A stretch of 63,005 bases of DNA, the filler included, from Octopus bimaculoides (Eukaryota): NCBI RefSeq assembly GCF_001194135.2. It is 4 parts of 4 records of this genome, joined end to end, with 100 filler letters (N's around TTAATTAATTAA, not from the genome) between each part and the next. Parts side by side here need not be neighbours in the genome. Positions count along the whole stretch, not along the records: positions 35,813 to 63,005 come from NC_068986.1; 3 more parts are not named here. One strand, 5' to 3'. The notes beneath the pieces were generated by a model. That model saw nothing but the letters and a program-made list of their open reading frames with translations. It did not search any database and was not told where the DNA came from. Shown here piece by piece: positions 36,497 through 50,723 of the stretch. The position numbers and the translations under genes were made by a program. Positions within the stretch are counted from its first letter, which is position 1. Each line of letters opens with the position of its first letter.

Positions 36497-37036
36497 CTGA
36501 AAGAAAAAGAAAAGAGATAAATATCTGAAAGTTAATTTACGTTTTGGTGTTGTTTACCTTCAGGCAACGACGTTCTAGCTTGGACCATCCCGTGTGTTTT
36601 GGGGGCAAGGTACCACTTGAAGGCGACTTAATTACTAACTCCAACACATCGAGTAACCTCATATGCTGTTGTTATTTAGGCTCAAGTCAAACCTTATCAA
36701 CATTACTAATATATCATCTTTTTGTACAAGACTCTAGATATGATTTGAGGGAGATTTGGTTGCTGTCACTACCAGGTGAAGCGATCCCGTAGATGTTCGT
36801 TAGTGTTCGTGTTTACACAGGGGTTAAGGGTTATGGTATCTGAAATTATTGGATATTATTGCTGAGCAATGACGGGTTTGCTGAAAGAGATATATATTTT
36901 ATGGTGGTTGTTTTTTCCCCCCTGACTAGCCACGCTCGATTAGACCTACGATCAACAGACATTCCAGCCGTAATCACCACCTGTTTTCCTCTAGCTACAT
37001 TATTCAACATATACTCTTTTATTTGTTTGGTTATTT

Positions 37037-37290
37037 GACTGCGGCCATGCTGGAGCACCGCCTTTAGTCGAGCAAATCGACCCCAGTACTTATTTTTGGG
37101 AAGCCTAGTACTTATTCTATCGGTCTCTTTTGCCGAACCGCTAAGTTACGAGGACGTAAACACACCAGCATCGGTTGTCAAGCGATGCTGGGAGACAAAC
37201 ACAGACACACACACATATATATACTTATATACGAGGGCTTCTTTCAGTTTCTGCCTACCAAATCCATTCACAAGGCTTCTGTCAGCCCGA
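37037..37290 (-). mobile_element. Family B SINE, cut by a gap
   Basis: GCGGCCATGCTGGAGCACCGCC tail onward; other copies at 39940-40188 (+), 41471-41805 (-), 58055-58212 (-), 60055-60250 (-). Confidence 0.8.
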
Positions 37291-38542
37291 NNNNNNNNNN
37301 NNNNNNNNNNNNNNNNNNNNNNNNNNNNNNNNNNNNNNNNNNNNNNNNNNNNNNNNNNNNNNNNNNNNNNNNNNNNNNNNNNNNNNNNNNNNNNNNNNNN
37401 NNNNNNNNNNNNNNNNNNNNNNNNNNNNNNNNNNNNNNNNNNNNNNNNNNNNNNNNNNNNNNNNNNNNNNNNNNNNNNNNNNNNNNNNNNNNNNNNNNNN
37501 NNNNNNNNNNNNNNNNNNNNNNNNNNNNNNNNNNNNNNNNNNNNNNNNNNNNNNNNNNNNNNNNNNNNNNNNNNNNNNNNNNNNNNNNNNNNNNNNNNNN
37601 NNNNNNNNNNNNNNNNNNNNNNNNNNNNNNNNNNNNNNNNNNNNNNNNNNNNNNNNNNNNNNNNNNNNNNNNNNNNNNNNNNNNNNNNNNNNNNNNNNNN
37701 NNNNNNNNNNNNNNNNNNNNNNNNNNNNNNNNNNNNNNNNNNNNNNNNNNNNNNNNNNNNNNNNNNNNNNNNNNNNNNNNNNNNNNNNNNNNNNNNNNNN
37801 NNNNNNNNNNNNNNNNNNNNNNNNNNNNNNNNNNNNNNNNNNNNNNNNNNNNNNNNNNNNNNNNNNNNNNNNNNNNNNNNNNNNNNNNNNNNNNNNNNNN
37901 NNNNNNNNNNNNNNNNNNNNNNNNNNNNNNNNNNNNNNNNNNNNNNNNNNNNNNNNNNNNNNNNNNNNNNNNNNNNNNNNNNNNNNNNNNNNNNNNNNNN
38001 NNNNNNNNNNNNNNNNNNNNNNNNNNNNNNNNNNNNNNNNNNNNNNNNNNNNNNNNNNNNNNNNNNNNNNNNNNNNNNNNNNNNNNNNNNNNNNNNNNNN
38101 NNNNNNNNNNNNNNNNNNNNNNNNNNNNNNNNNNNNNNNNNNNNNNNNNNNNNNNNNNNNNNNNAAATTAATGCCCGTTTACGAAGCTTCGGGAAGTTTG
38201 TATCAAGGCATTTGACAAGCCTTTAACGAATAGCAAACATGAAAATGTAACATTTATGAAATGGCACAGATGAATACAGTTATTGCTAAATCTTGTTTCC
38301 GTAACATTTGGCAAAAAAAGTAAGTCAAATCTCTATACCCTTCAATTGTACATAGTTTTCCTCTTCCTCCACAAAAAACAAAAAACAAAAAAACAAAAAA
38401 AACCACCAAACAAACTTAATATTAAACGCTACCAGAATGCTCATAATCTCTGCAGTCAATTAATGTGGCAATGTTGTTTTAGATTTTGAGACCGTAATGT
38501 AAGACATATAAGATTTATTTCTTGCAATTCGATCAATTCTTT

Positions 38543-38591
<49 letters not shown>

Positions 38592-39956
38592 GTTGCTGCT
38601 GCTGCAGATGATGATGATGTTGATTCGTTACGAGGGCGCTTCACCTAGTGGAACCAGCGACCAGATTTCTCTAAGATCGTGCCCTATCGTCTTAAAGAAA
38701 ATGACAGACATGCTATATATAATGTAGTCCTGGATACATTTTACATCAGGAAACACACGGGATGGTTAAAGCTGGAATACTTTTGATCGCTTCTACATGG
38801 AATCGAAACTCTTCTGCAATTGGTAAACCGATTCTACCAACTGAACCCGTGACATAACTCAGTCAAAAACGGTTCATATTTCTTCTCACTACAGCAAACA
38901 AAACGCAGTCCTTCCTTTATTAAATTATTATATTTTCGCTGAATAAACCCCAAACCCTTCATGCACCCTTCCAAACACTAGACTCTCTTTAGAGTCTATC
39001 TTTTTCTTTTATTACTACTGACTTAGGAAACAACGAACAGTATACGTGACCCTTTTACGCCTCCTACGACAGGTAAGGAGAGGAAATTATCATCAGACCG
39101 AGGCCTGGCCCTTATATGCTTGCAACGGAATGAAACCTGCTAAAGACAACAAAGGGTCGTCAAGGCGATGGTGTTAAATTGAGCGGTGAATTAAGACCGT
39201 CATCCAAAACTAGGAACGATTCCTTCCGCAGGCTTCCACACAGTTTTTCTCTACAAAATTTCACATAATTCTTTAGTCAACTCGAGGCAAACTCTTGGCC
39301 AAAGTGCCGAGCGCTGGGATCGAACTGAAAACAACATAGTTAAGAAACGAACGTCATAACCACAGCCATACCCGTTTGTTTATCCCATTATTCTCTCATT
39401 TCGTTTATGATCAAACAGCAATCCACACGTACAGGTAGTAAATTTAATAACATGCCAGGATTCTCATATTCTTTTTATCTTCCCTTACCATGCCCTCACC
39501 ACTACCACCACCACCACTACTACCAGCACCGCCACCATCATCATCATAACCACCACCTGACTTTTATGCTATAAAATATTTTAAATATACTCCTGGTGTT
39601 GGAAATCTAATGTTTCCAGCTCCTGACAACTCCCAGCCCCAAGACAACGTTGCTTCTTTCTTTACCTCAGACGCCCTGTAAGATAAGTTGTAATTACCTT
39701 CAGGTTTTAGTTTTATAACGCTGAACAGATGGGAGACAAATATGTGCCAAGCTGGGGATTGTTGTTTTGCCACGAGCCTGTTCTGAGCCAGCGCACGCAT
39801 GCACACACACACACATACACACAGATAACCAAAACACATTACGGGCCAACGAAAGGAGTCGTTAGATTTCCTAGAAAGAGTAACCAAATTCTTAAACTAG
39901 TACCTATAAAAAGAAGACTACAAGCAAACAAGCGAATTTCTACAGTGGTACTCGAC

Positions 39957-40001
<45 letters not shown>

Positions 40002-42190
40002 TGTGTGTGTATTTGTTGCCCCGCCACCGCTTAACAACCGGTGTTTGCTTGTTTATGTCCCTGTAACTTAGCGGTTCGACAAAAATGACTAACAGGATAA
40101 GTACCAGACTTAATAAGTCCTGGGGTCAATTTGTTCGACTAAAACCCTTCAAGATGTTGCCCCTGCATGATCGCAATCCAACGACTGAANNNNNNNNNNN
40201 NNNNNNNNNNNNNNNNNNNNNNNNNNNNNNNNNNNNNNNNNNNNNNNNNNNNNNNNNNNNNNNNNNNNNNNNNNNNNNNNNNNNNNNNNNNNNNNNNNNN
40301 NNNNNNNNNNNNNNNNNNNNNNNNNNNNNNNNNNNNNNNNNNNNNNNNNNNNNNNNNNNNNNNNNNNNNNNNNNNNNNNNNNNNNNNNNNNNNNNNNNNN
40401 NNNNNNNNNNNNNNNNNNNNNNNNNNNNNNNNNNNNNNNNNNNNNNNNNNNNNNNNNNNNNNNNNNNNNNNNNNNNNNNNNGCGTACAAATATTTCCATA
40501 AATGCATGTAATTATCTTTGCAAAAGAATAGAAAACATTGAAGCTGGCAAAGTCGAGTTTAGTTTTACTTATTCATTTGTTTTGGCCAGTTGCATATAAA
40601 GAACGTGCGCGCGCATATGCATTTGTATGTGTGTGTGTGCGTGTTAGGTGGTGCCGTGGAATGAAATACTGAAAACGAGGCTAAAGTTTCTCTGGGCTAA
40701 AATTAATCTCATTCGGGCGGGTGTATGTAAATTAGATGCTTAATGACGTTAATATGGAGATAAATACGAGATGTAAATATAGATTTACTTGGTATATTTG
40801 CATTTTTGTGCGTGAGTGTATGTGTGTAAGTATGCGTGTGTATGTATGTCTGTGTGCACAACATTTTTGGAAAGGCCACCTACAAAGCTGATTATTGTGG
40901 TGGAATGCGTTGGTGGTTTGTCGACCAAGAATAATCTCTCTGTATGCAGACATGCATACACATATATGTACATAAATACACATAGAAACATCAGCTATGC
41001 ACACATACATACGTATACACTATACACATGCGCGCGCACACACACACACACATATATATATATAAAAGGTATATATTTTATTAATAATACTGCAAAAACA
41101 TCACAAAAACTGTTACTTAGAGTTTCACGTTCCCGTTCGTCGAGCAGCTTTGGTTGAGAATATATATATATATATATNNNNNNNNNNNNNNNNNNNNNNN
41201 NNNNNNNNNNNNNNNNNNNNNNNNNNNNNNNNNNNNNNNNNNNNNNNNNNNNNNNNNNNNNNNNNNNNNNNNNNNNNNNNNNNNNNNNNNNNNNNNNNNN
41301 NNNNNNNNNNNNNNNNNNNNNNNNNNNNNNNNNNNNNNNNNNNNNNNNNNNNNNNNNNNNNNNNNNNNNNNNNNNNNNNNNNNNNNNNNNNNNGATTATG
41401 ACTGTTCAAGGCCTTCAAGACTCGTGTGAGGGAGGGAAGGAAGAAATTATCATATACCTGTTTCATTCATTAGATTGCGGCCATGCTGGGGCACCGCCTA
41501 AGAGAGTTTAGTCAAACAAATCGACCCTAGTACTCATTTGTTTAAGTCTCGTACTTATTCTATCGGTCTTTTATTTCCCAACTGCTAAGTTACGGGGAAA
41601 GTACACAAGCCAACACCGGTTGTCATGTGGCGGTGAGGAACACACACAAAAATAAACACGCGCGCATTTTCAGTTTCCGTCCACCAAATCCACATACAAG
41701 GCATTGGTCAGCCCGGGTCTATAATCGAAGGCACTCGCCCAAGGAACCACGCAGTGGAACCAATCTCGGAATCATGTGATTGGAAAGCAAACTTCTTACC
41801 ACATAGTAGCGCTCTAAATCGATGTTTGCAACCAAGCAGAGTTCACTAAAAGTCCCAAGGGTCTGGATGGCGATATTAGACTGGGTAACGCACTAGGTCT
41901 GCCAACGAGTAGGTTATGGTAAGATTTGAATCAGAGTTTAAACAAATGGCGCAAAACCGTCTGCTGCTCAGACAATTCCATCAGTCCGCCATCTTTGACT
42001 GGCATTGAATTTTGTTTTGTTTTATCTTATTTTATTGACCCCAAATGGAAGAAACGGCAAAACTGACCCTGGTGGCGTTTGAAATGAGAACGGAAGTGGC
42101 AGGTATAAATACAGTTAGGAATTTCGTCCAACGTACGCTGCCGAGTCTGTCAATTCCCTGCATATATGTGCGTGTATGGCAATGTATACA

Positions 42191-42410
42191 TACGACAGGA
42201 TGCTGAGAAGTTTCTAGTTTTAAGGGTATCGCAAGAGGTCTGGTTGAAGGCCCGAGCTTCCAAGTTCTTTTTACAGGACTTAGAAAAACTGAAGGACTGC
42301 TGCAATAAGTGTGTTAATCTGAGAGGGGAATATGTTGAATATAATCATAATGAACTGATCCTCCTGTATTTTCATTTACTCAAAACCAGGAACTTTGCAG
42401 CACCTTTCGC

Positions 42411-42412
<2 letters not shown>
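42191..42412 (+). mobile_element. Mariner-derived MITE retaining the transposase C-terminus
   Basis: TIRs TACGACAGGATGCTGAGAAGTTTCTAG / reverse complement TGCGAAAGGTGCTGCAAAGTTCCTGG, TA-rich flanks; interior reads SKFFLQDLEKLKDCCNKCVNLRGEYVE. Confidence 0.75.
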
Positions 42413-42461
<49 letters not shown>

Positions 42462-42943
42462 TATGAATCATGTATATATGTACATATACATACTCACACT
42501 CGTATACATGCAGATCTTTTTTTTGAGAGAGAGCGGAAGGGTGTAACCTGTTTTACATACGTGTATATATGTATAAATATCAAGTCTAGACAAACTTTCT
42601 TATTATCAACATGGTGATGGATGGCAGAGTCGGTAGAGTGTTAGATAAACGCCTTGTGGTATTTAGTCACGATTATTTACATCTCGAGTTCAAATGCTGT
42701 AAAGGTCAACTTTGTCTATCACACCTCCATGGTCAATACAATAAATACCAGAGATATACTTGGGACTATTATTGGAACTGCACACTGATGACCTTCAGCC
42801 GAGTTTAGAAATATCTAAGTTACTCTCAAAACTAATGCAAACGGATCTCCGTCAGTTGGAGACGTTGAGTATTTCAGTTGTTCTATTTACGGAATTACCT
42901 AGTCGTTATATTAACATGTAAATGATCAGATATTTAAATGTGA

Positions 42944-42982
<39 letters not shown>

Positions 42983-42983
<1 letters not shown>

Positions 42984-43232
42984 TCATTTAACGGCCGTTT
43001 TCCATGTTGGCATGGATTGGACGGTTTGACTGAGGTCTGGAGAGCCAGCGGCTGCACCAAGCTCAAAACTGATCTGGCAATGTTTCTACAGTTGGATGCC
43101 CTTCCTAACGCCAACCACTCCAAGAGTGTAGTGGGTGCTTTTTACGTGCCAACCGGCACAGGAGCCAGTCAGGCGGGCCTGGCATCGATCACGTTCGAAT
43201 AGTGATTTTTACGTGTCACCGGCACGGGAGGG
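42983..43232 (-). mobile_element. Repeat family E, retroposon 3' part with (ATG)n tail
   Basis: CATTTAACG.CCG.TTTCCATG.TGGCATGG...GGATGCCCTTCCTAACGCCAACC; further copies at 44900-45192 and 59507-59625. Confidence 0.7.
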
Positions 43233-44469
43233 GGGGGCAGTCAGCGGGTACACATATACATATCTATAAACACATATATAGACACATATGTATATACACA
43301 AATATATACATATATACACATATATCTAAACACACATACATATATATATATATAAGTACTACAAGTTAGGTCCTTTTGATTAGAGAAGCAGTCTGTCGGA
43401 CATTCACGCAGTTTGTCTCTTGTATTATGTTTGGTTGGTCAGTATTTTAAAGATACTTGTAACTTTCACGAAATTCTCAGTCACAACCAGCGTTACTCAA
43501 TGTGTGGCAAGGCTGACCCTTTGAGTTACAAGTGGAGTATATCAGACGAACTTCCACGAGGTTTCCATCGAAACGAAACTTCAATAGAAGCCATTTGGTC
43601 AAGACACCGCATAGCGGTTCGAACTGAAGACCTCATGTTTACGTGGTGAATTTATTAACTATCCAGCCATGCAAATATGGAAAGCATGCAAATATTCAGG
43701 GTTAACAAAAAATAATTTGCAAGAATACTTCAAGGAGATTAACGTATTTAAAAAAAATTTTCTGCATACGTTCTCTCTTCAGATATAAGCTGTCGTTGCT
43801 TAGCTCAATACCAGAACAGTTTGAGCAGAACTGCAATCAAAGATATTTCAACTGCAGCCATCCCATCTTATCTTCCAAGCGCAATGTATCTAGAACTACA
43901 TTATGTCACATGTTCGTCCATATATAAGTCAATAAGGTGTAATGAGGGAAATTTGAGTGCTATTTCTAGCAAATCGAATACTGCATAGTGGCTGCATATT
44001 TGGCTCAATGTTTACAGATATGCTTACAATGCTTTATCTTTATCGTTCCTGTTGTATCAATTACAAATGAGATAAAAGAAACATTTCTTACATACCGTAA
44101 TATATTCTATTTGATAGTTATGTCAGTAAAATGTGTTAGCCTCTCAGCTCGTTTCTGAACGCCATTATAAGTCAGTCATGATTTTTTAAAGTAAATTCTT
44201 AACGCATTATTGTCATATTTATTAAAAAAAAAACTGATGTCGGACTTATAGTAAGCCAGTTTGCTGGTGACCCGGCTGTATACTCAAGTCCCTAACAATC
44301 ATTGCACGACCGTTTTAAAAGGCAGATAAAAACCCTTTAAAAGAACACCAAAAATCCTTTTTCGTTAAGAAAACGTATAAGTAATTAAAAGCAATGAGTT
44401 TCTGATTTGAATGCAATGATGACAACGATATCTACAACAACAACAACAACAACAACAACAATAATAATA

Positions 44470-44890
44470 ATGGTTTCAAATTTTGGCACAAGGCCGGCAA
44501 GTTCGGGGAAGTGGGTAAGTCAACTACATCGACCTCAGTGTTTAACTGGTACTTATGAAAGGATGAAAGGCAAAGTCGAGTTCGGCAGAATTTGAACTCA
44601 GAACATAAAGACGGACGAAATGCCGCTAAGCACTCTGTCCGGAGTGCTAACGATTCTACCAGCTCACTACCATGATGATGATGAGGGTTTCCAATTTTGG
44701 CACAAGGCCAGCAATTTTTGAGGGGGAGGATAAGTCGATTACGTCGAATCCACTGCACAACTGGTACTTATTTTATCGACCCCGAAAGGATGAAAGGCAA
44801 AGTCGACTTGGGAGGAATCTGATCTTAGAACGAAAGCACAAACGAAATTCCACTGAATTTCTGGCGCGCTAACGATTCTGCCAAATTGCT
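44470..44890 (-). mobile_element. Two head-to-tail family A SINEs
   Basis: Joined by an (ATG)n linker at about 44670-44685. Confidence 0.8.
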
Positions 44891-45807
44891 GCTTTGATGA
44901 TCGTCATCATCATCATCGTCATTTAACGTCCGCTTTCCATGCTGGCATGGGCTGGACGGTTTGACTGAGTACTAGCAAGTCTGAAGGCTGCACCAGGCTC
45001 CAATCAGATCTGGCAAGGTTTCTACAGCTGGAAGCCCTTCCTAACGCCAAACACTCCGTGAGTGTAGTGGGTGCTTTTTAGGTGCCACCGGCACAGGGAT
45101 CAGTCAGGAGGCACTGGCAACGACCACGCTCGAACGGTGTTTTTTAAGTGCCAGCGGCACGGGATCTAGTCAGACGGCACTGGCAACGACCTTATAATAA
45201 TGATGATGGTGGTTATGATGATAATGATGGGATAAATGATAGGTAGATTTTTGCTTATGTATCACGTAAGCTAAAGCAAAACTAAAAACAACAAAGCAAA
45301 AAATAATAGGGACAGTGATTGAAGAGCTAACGCAGAGAATTAGGTAAATGCTGTTAAAATTAAAGAATACGAAGAAAGGAAGAACCTGCAGAAACAAAAT
45401 CGCATTTTTTTTTTTTAATTTTGAAAACGCTGGAAACGTTTATTCTTGTGTGAAATGAGCAAAATGATAACTTAAGACCGGATGCTAACGAAAATAAAAT
45501 GTCTGGAGGAGAAATTTGGGACAAAAATGATAAAACATGAAATCGAGAAAGAAAGTAGAAAATTACTGTAAAAATATTGTGAGACAGAAGGATTTTGTTA
45601 TCAAGAAGGATTCGAAAACAGTTGAAAAAGGTTAATAAGTGCAAAGATGCCGGACCTGACCTTGTTTATAGTTACTGACCGAAACAGTCTACTAGTCTCC
45701 AAGAAACTATGATTAATATAACTAATTTGAATGTATGCCACAGGAAAGTGTATCACTGTGGTTATCTACACGAAGAGGCCTAGATTTTTAAGGGTAACGT
45801 TTCGACT

Positions 45808-46435
45808 TCAAAAGGATGAAAGGCAAAGTCGACCTCGGTGGAATTTGAACTCAGAACGGAGCGGCAAACGGAATACCGCTAAGAATTTCGCCGGACGTGC
45901 TAACGATTCTGCCAGTTCGCCACCATAATAATAAGAACAATAATGAAAATAATAATAATAATAATAATAATAACAACACTCCTTTCTACTGAAGACACAA
46001 GGCCTTGAAACTTTGTGGCGGTAGTGGGGACTAGTCGATAAACATCGACTTCTGTANNNNNNNNNNNNNNNNNNNNNNNNNNNNNNNNNNNNNNNNNNNN
46101 NNNNNNNNNNNNNNNNNNNNNNNNNNNNNNNNNNNNNNNNNNNNNNNNNNNNNNNNNNNNNNNNNNNNNNNNNNNNNNNNNNNNNNNNNNNNNNNNNNNN
46201 NNTATTTCATTATTGCCCACAAGGGGCTAAACATAGAGGGAACAAACAAGAACAGACGAACGGATTAAGTCGATTACATCGACCCCAGTGCGTAACTGGT
46301 ACTTAATTTATCGACCCCGAAGGATGAAAGGCAAAGTCGACCTCGGCGGAATTTGCACTCAGAACGTAACGGCACACGAAATACCGCTAAGCATTTCGCC
46401 CGGCGTGCTAACGATTCTGCCAGCTCGCCGCCTTA
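45808..46435 (-). mobile_element. Chain of family A SINEs joined by (AAT)n, with one gap
   Basis: Direct sequence. Confidence 0.8.
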
Positions 46436-46437
46436 AC

Positions 46438-46468
<31 letters not shown>

Positions 46469-46827
46469 GTAGTAGTAGTAATAATCACAACCGCTTTCTA
46501 AAAAAAGTCGCAAGCAATATAACAAACTAATGAAAGAGCGTTGGTTTGCTAAGAAACGCAAACAAATCTCCCTCAAATCACACCCTTCTGTCTTGTCCTG
46601 TGTCCCTTGTACTCGAGTAAAAGACGAAACGGTCACAGTTGGAATGCTTTTGGTCATAGTCTTTTCAATCTTGATTGACCTGGGATTAAACACCACCACT
46701 AAAACCAACAGCGGCTCACAGTCACCATTGCTGTTACACTTAGCCATACCATCACCACTGCTACCACCACCAGGTAGCCGCCACCACCCTATCAACAACG
46801 CTAAGTCAGCAAATAAAATATACTTAC

Positions 46828-46957
46828 GTAGGCCGTTTCACAATTTTGTTTGGATGTTGATAATGGAAGAACAAGTTCTTGTTGATGCCCTTGGCAGGGT
46901 CGTATTCTTTGTTTGTACGCCAAACCCCAAAGGAGCCTGGAAGTATGTAGCCGATTT
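46828..46957 (-). CDS. SBSPON: SBSPON internal exon
   Basis: Acceptor cttctttttgtttcag, donor CCTAC|gtaagt, 130 nt, phase 1 to 2. Reads (E)IGYILPGSFGVWRTNKEYDPAKGINKNLFFHYQHPNKIVKRP(T); bridges the phases of both flanking exons exactly. Confidence 0.85.
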
Positions 46958-49212
46958 CTGAAACAAAAAGAAGGGTAAATAAATATATGACTGAATATGA
47001 ATAATAAAAAAAACAAAAAAACAAAAACCAACAATATCTCATATGATACCATAAAAGATGATGTTGATGCAGCAGCTGCTGCTGCTGCTGCGGAATCCTT
47101 CGTCTGTGTCGACGTTGAGCATTCAGTTTTGGATCAGCTGAACTATCAGTTTTGGATCAGCTGAACTATCAGTTTGTTAAATGAACGTGCAAGTAGTTGA
47201 GTATTCTAGACATGGCTGAATCGGCGTGACACAATAAGCAACAAAAACCGGCCCACTAGTACTGAACATTCCGCTAGGTTTCTTTACTGTTTCCATCAAC
47301 CCAGTTTTATTCATAATGCTTGGGGTGACCGAGCCTATGATGTTTCCTTATGGCAGTCGCCAATCTACAGTTGTTAAAGATGAAGAACTAAACCCCTGGC
47401 GAATCAAAGATCAGGTTTCAATTCTTTATTACTTCACATATGTTGTTAGTGCTATGAGGAACGGTATCAACGTTACGCATTCACATTTTGTTAATTCCCT
47501 CTAAATAAATATAGACGATTTGTGCCGAGTCAAAATATGTCTGAAATTTAGTTATTTACAGTGTAAACGAAACTATTTTACAATAAATCAAGTCTAATCA
47601 ATATGTAAACTTCATACACTTAAGTTTCGGGACTCGAGGTATGTGTGTGGAAAGATTTTAGGCATTTGTAAATGTTACCAGGTTTGTGAGGTCGATACGG
47701 TTTATATTTAGTTTGAATTTCGGCAGATTTAAGAGAGAGGGAGAAAGAGAGAGAGAGAGAGAGATGGAAAAGAGGAGGAGAGAGAGGTGAGGTTAGTTCT
47801 AGAGAATTTAATAAAAATTTTTATGGTTAAGCAGAGGAAACAGAAATGACATTTTTATCAGGGTTTTCAAGACTGGTGGGAAGGAGAGAAGAATTTACTC
47901 CGAGACTGGAGACCTGGCCCAAATGTGAACGCCTGATAATGATACTCAAGAACCATGTAAAAAGTTTTAAGTGTATGCGTATGTTTTAAAAAAGCTGGTC
48001 AATTGGTATATCCGGTTCCGCGGAAACCGTAATGGTGGCCACTAATAAGGGAACGAAACTCAAACGATGAAGATGGTGGTTTAATTTTTACTAGGTTAGC
48101 GGATCGAGAGAGTAACTCTTCATGGAGTGGAGACACACTTGGAGTAGATTCATGTAGAAAGAGACTGAGGATAATTGTTTATATGGAAGGGACAAAGACA
48201 ACATCGTCAGAATAGGTCGTTTTATTATGTTGCTGTCGTCTTTTAGTCCCAGATCAGCTGTGATCCTGCTGACCAATGATGTAAAACGTTGTTTAGCTTT
48301 ACCTCTGATCTAATCTAGAAGACCTATGATAAAAAATATGTTGTTTAACCCAGGTCAGTCCCAATGCAGAAGATCTATGAATAAATTCGTTCAAGCCATG
48401 ATAATTTCGTCTTTTCTTTCAGGATTACATTATTCAATATGTACTTCCTTTTTAAGACACTATGATGTAATCTGGTAGAGATTTCCCTGTTATTTCTAGA
48501 ATGTCGAGTGGCCAGCTAAAGATTCCTTTGTTGGGTACGCACGCTTACGGAATTAAAATAATTGGAAAAAATTTCCCACTTGGTGATTGCACCACAATAT
48601 GGTAAGGCGGTTAGGTTTGAAAGAAAGGAAGTTTCGGAAGTGTAGGCGGACACGAGTATTCTTCAAAGTTTGAAGATACTCAAGGGACCAGAGAAAAAAC
48701 CCTCAGCTGAAATCAACTGAAATTTGAGAAGTGTGAGAGCTTCCATTGTGTACCATGCACGAGGACATCTTTTACTTTCTTGATGCTTGCCAACTTACAG
48801 ATGCTGCGGTTATGAGATCGCTTCCTAGTTAGTGATATGTTATAAGCTATACCATTGTAATCAGCATCAGCTGCTTCATTTTCACATCATCATCTTTATG
48901 TCATCCTATTATATTTATCATTGCCGTTGCAATTTTCATAATGATAACGACTGCTGTCATCCCCACTACCATTACCTTCACTATCATCATTGCTATCCCT
49001 ACTCTCACTCCGCTGCCACCCCAGCACCATCGCCGCCACATTTTGACGGATTGAAGTTATGGCAGCTCAAAGGAAAATAAACACAAAATGAAGATGACCT
49101 GGTGGAATCGTTTTAATTTCAGTTGTCTGGAGGAAGGAGGGTGGTCTTTAACATAAACGAGGGCGAAAAGAGAATGAACGAGACAGAAAGAGAAGGGGTA
49201 TGAGAGAGTGGA

Positions 49213-49244
<32 letters not shown>

Positions 49245-50659
49245 TGAGAGGCGTGAGAGTGGGAGGGGTGATGGAGGGGGTGAGAAAAAGTCAGAAATAT
49301 GTGGAGGAGTTAAGTGAGGTTTGGGCCGAAATATGCGGTAAAATGATGTAGTATAATGTATATGGTAAAATAGGGCCCTAATTATANNNNNNNNNNNNNN
49401 NNNNNNNNNNNNNNNNNNNNNNNNNNNNNNNNNNNNNNNNNNNNNNNNNNNNNNNNNNNNNNNNNNNNNNNNNNNNNNNNNNNNNNNNNNNNNNNNNNNN
49501 NNNNNNNNNNNNNNNNNNNNNNNNNNNNNNNNNNNNNNNNNNNNNNNNNNNNNNNNNNNNNNNNNNNNNNNATATCTTCGAGAGGTTTCTGGTACAGTGA
49601 ATCCTGTGATAAATTTGAATTGGTGGAACCTTTTATAAATAATGATTTAATTTTGAACTAGACCTAAAAGCACAAAGTTTGCAGAACCGTTAGAACGTCG
49701 GACAATATGCTTAGCGGTATATCTTCTGGTTCTTTACGTTTTGAGTTCAAATTCCGCCGAAGTAAGTCAACTTTGTCCTGCATCCCTTCGGGGTCGATAC
49801 AAATGAGGCACCAATCAAGTACCGGAGCCAATGCGGTCCACTTTCCCCGCTTCTCCTCAAAACAACGAGTTAGCGTCCCGCACAGAGGAAAATGTCGTGA
49901 TCGCGGTCATTTTGTATACGCCATAGAAACCAGGAAACTAGCCTTATGAGTCGTAGGACTCGTGAACAAGGAAGAAAAACAAAGCACAAAAGCTAACACA
50001 TTACGAGAATTCCCTGATATATAGCATTCTCATTTAAATAACTCAAATGCACAACGTCCAATCCTAATATACAAGCTTCTAATACAAAGTAATATTAGTT
50101 TTGTAGTCTAACATCTTAAAGTCGACTATATTATGTTATTTGTGTTAAAGATTTGCCTCACAGCATAAGGTTAGAGCAGAAACAGTATATCCCAATTTTA
50201 TTTAATGATGACGGTTAGAATTACAGTATGTGTAATACTTTTTATAGTAAATAATCTGATTCGTTCTACCGAACTTGTTTATGAGAAAACTAATACTTAA
50301 GCTCAATTAATGTACTTCGAGTTTACTGCATCGAAATAAAAGAAATAAAATGTCAAATTTATTAATTAGCTTCCAACAAAAATTAAGACAGGCTTCTGGT
50401 TAAGCGTTGCCATTCAATTTGATCATTGCAATATGTTTAATTCAATGTGAATTGAATCTGGAAGAGTATTCCGTGTGTTAGAGACTGATCAATCTTAAAA
50501 CACTGTCGTTCATAAAAGTTGAAGGCAAGTCGCTTTAGTAGTTAATTAAAAGAAAAGGGACTCGTGAAAATGTGAGGCCCATAGCATATGCTATACTTTG
50601 CTACTAGGTTAATCCGGTATTGCCTGAGAATAAGTGAGAGAGAGAGTGAGAGAGAGAGA

Positions 50660-50723
<64 letters not shown>

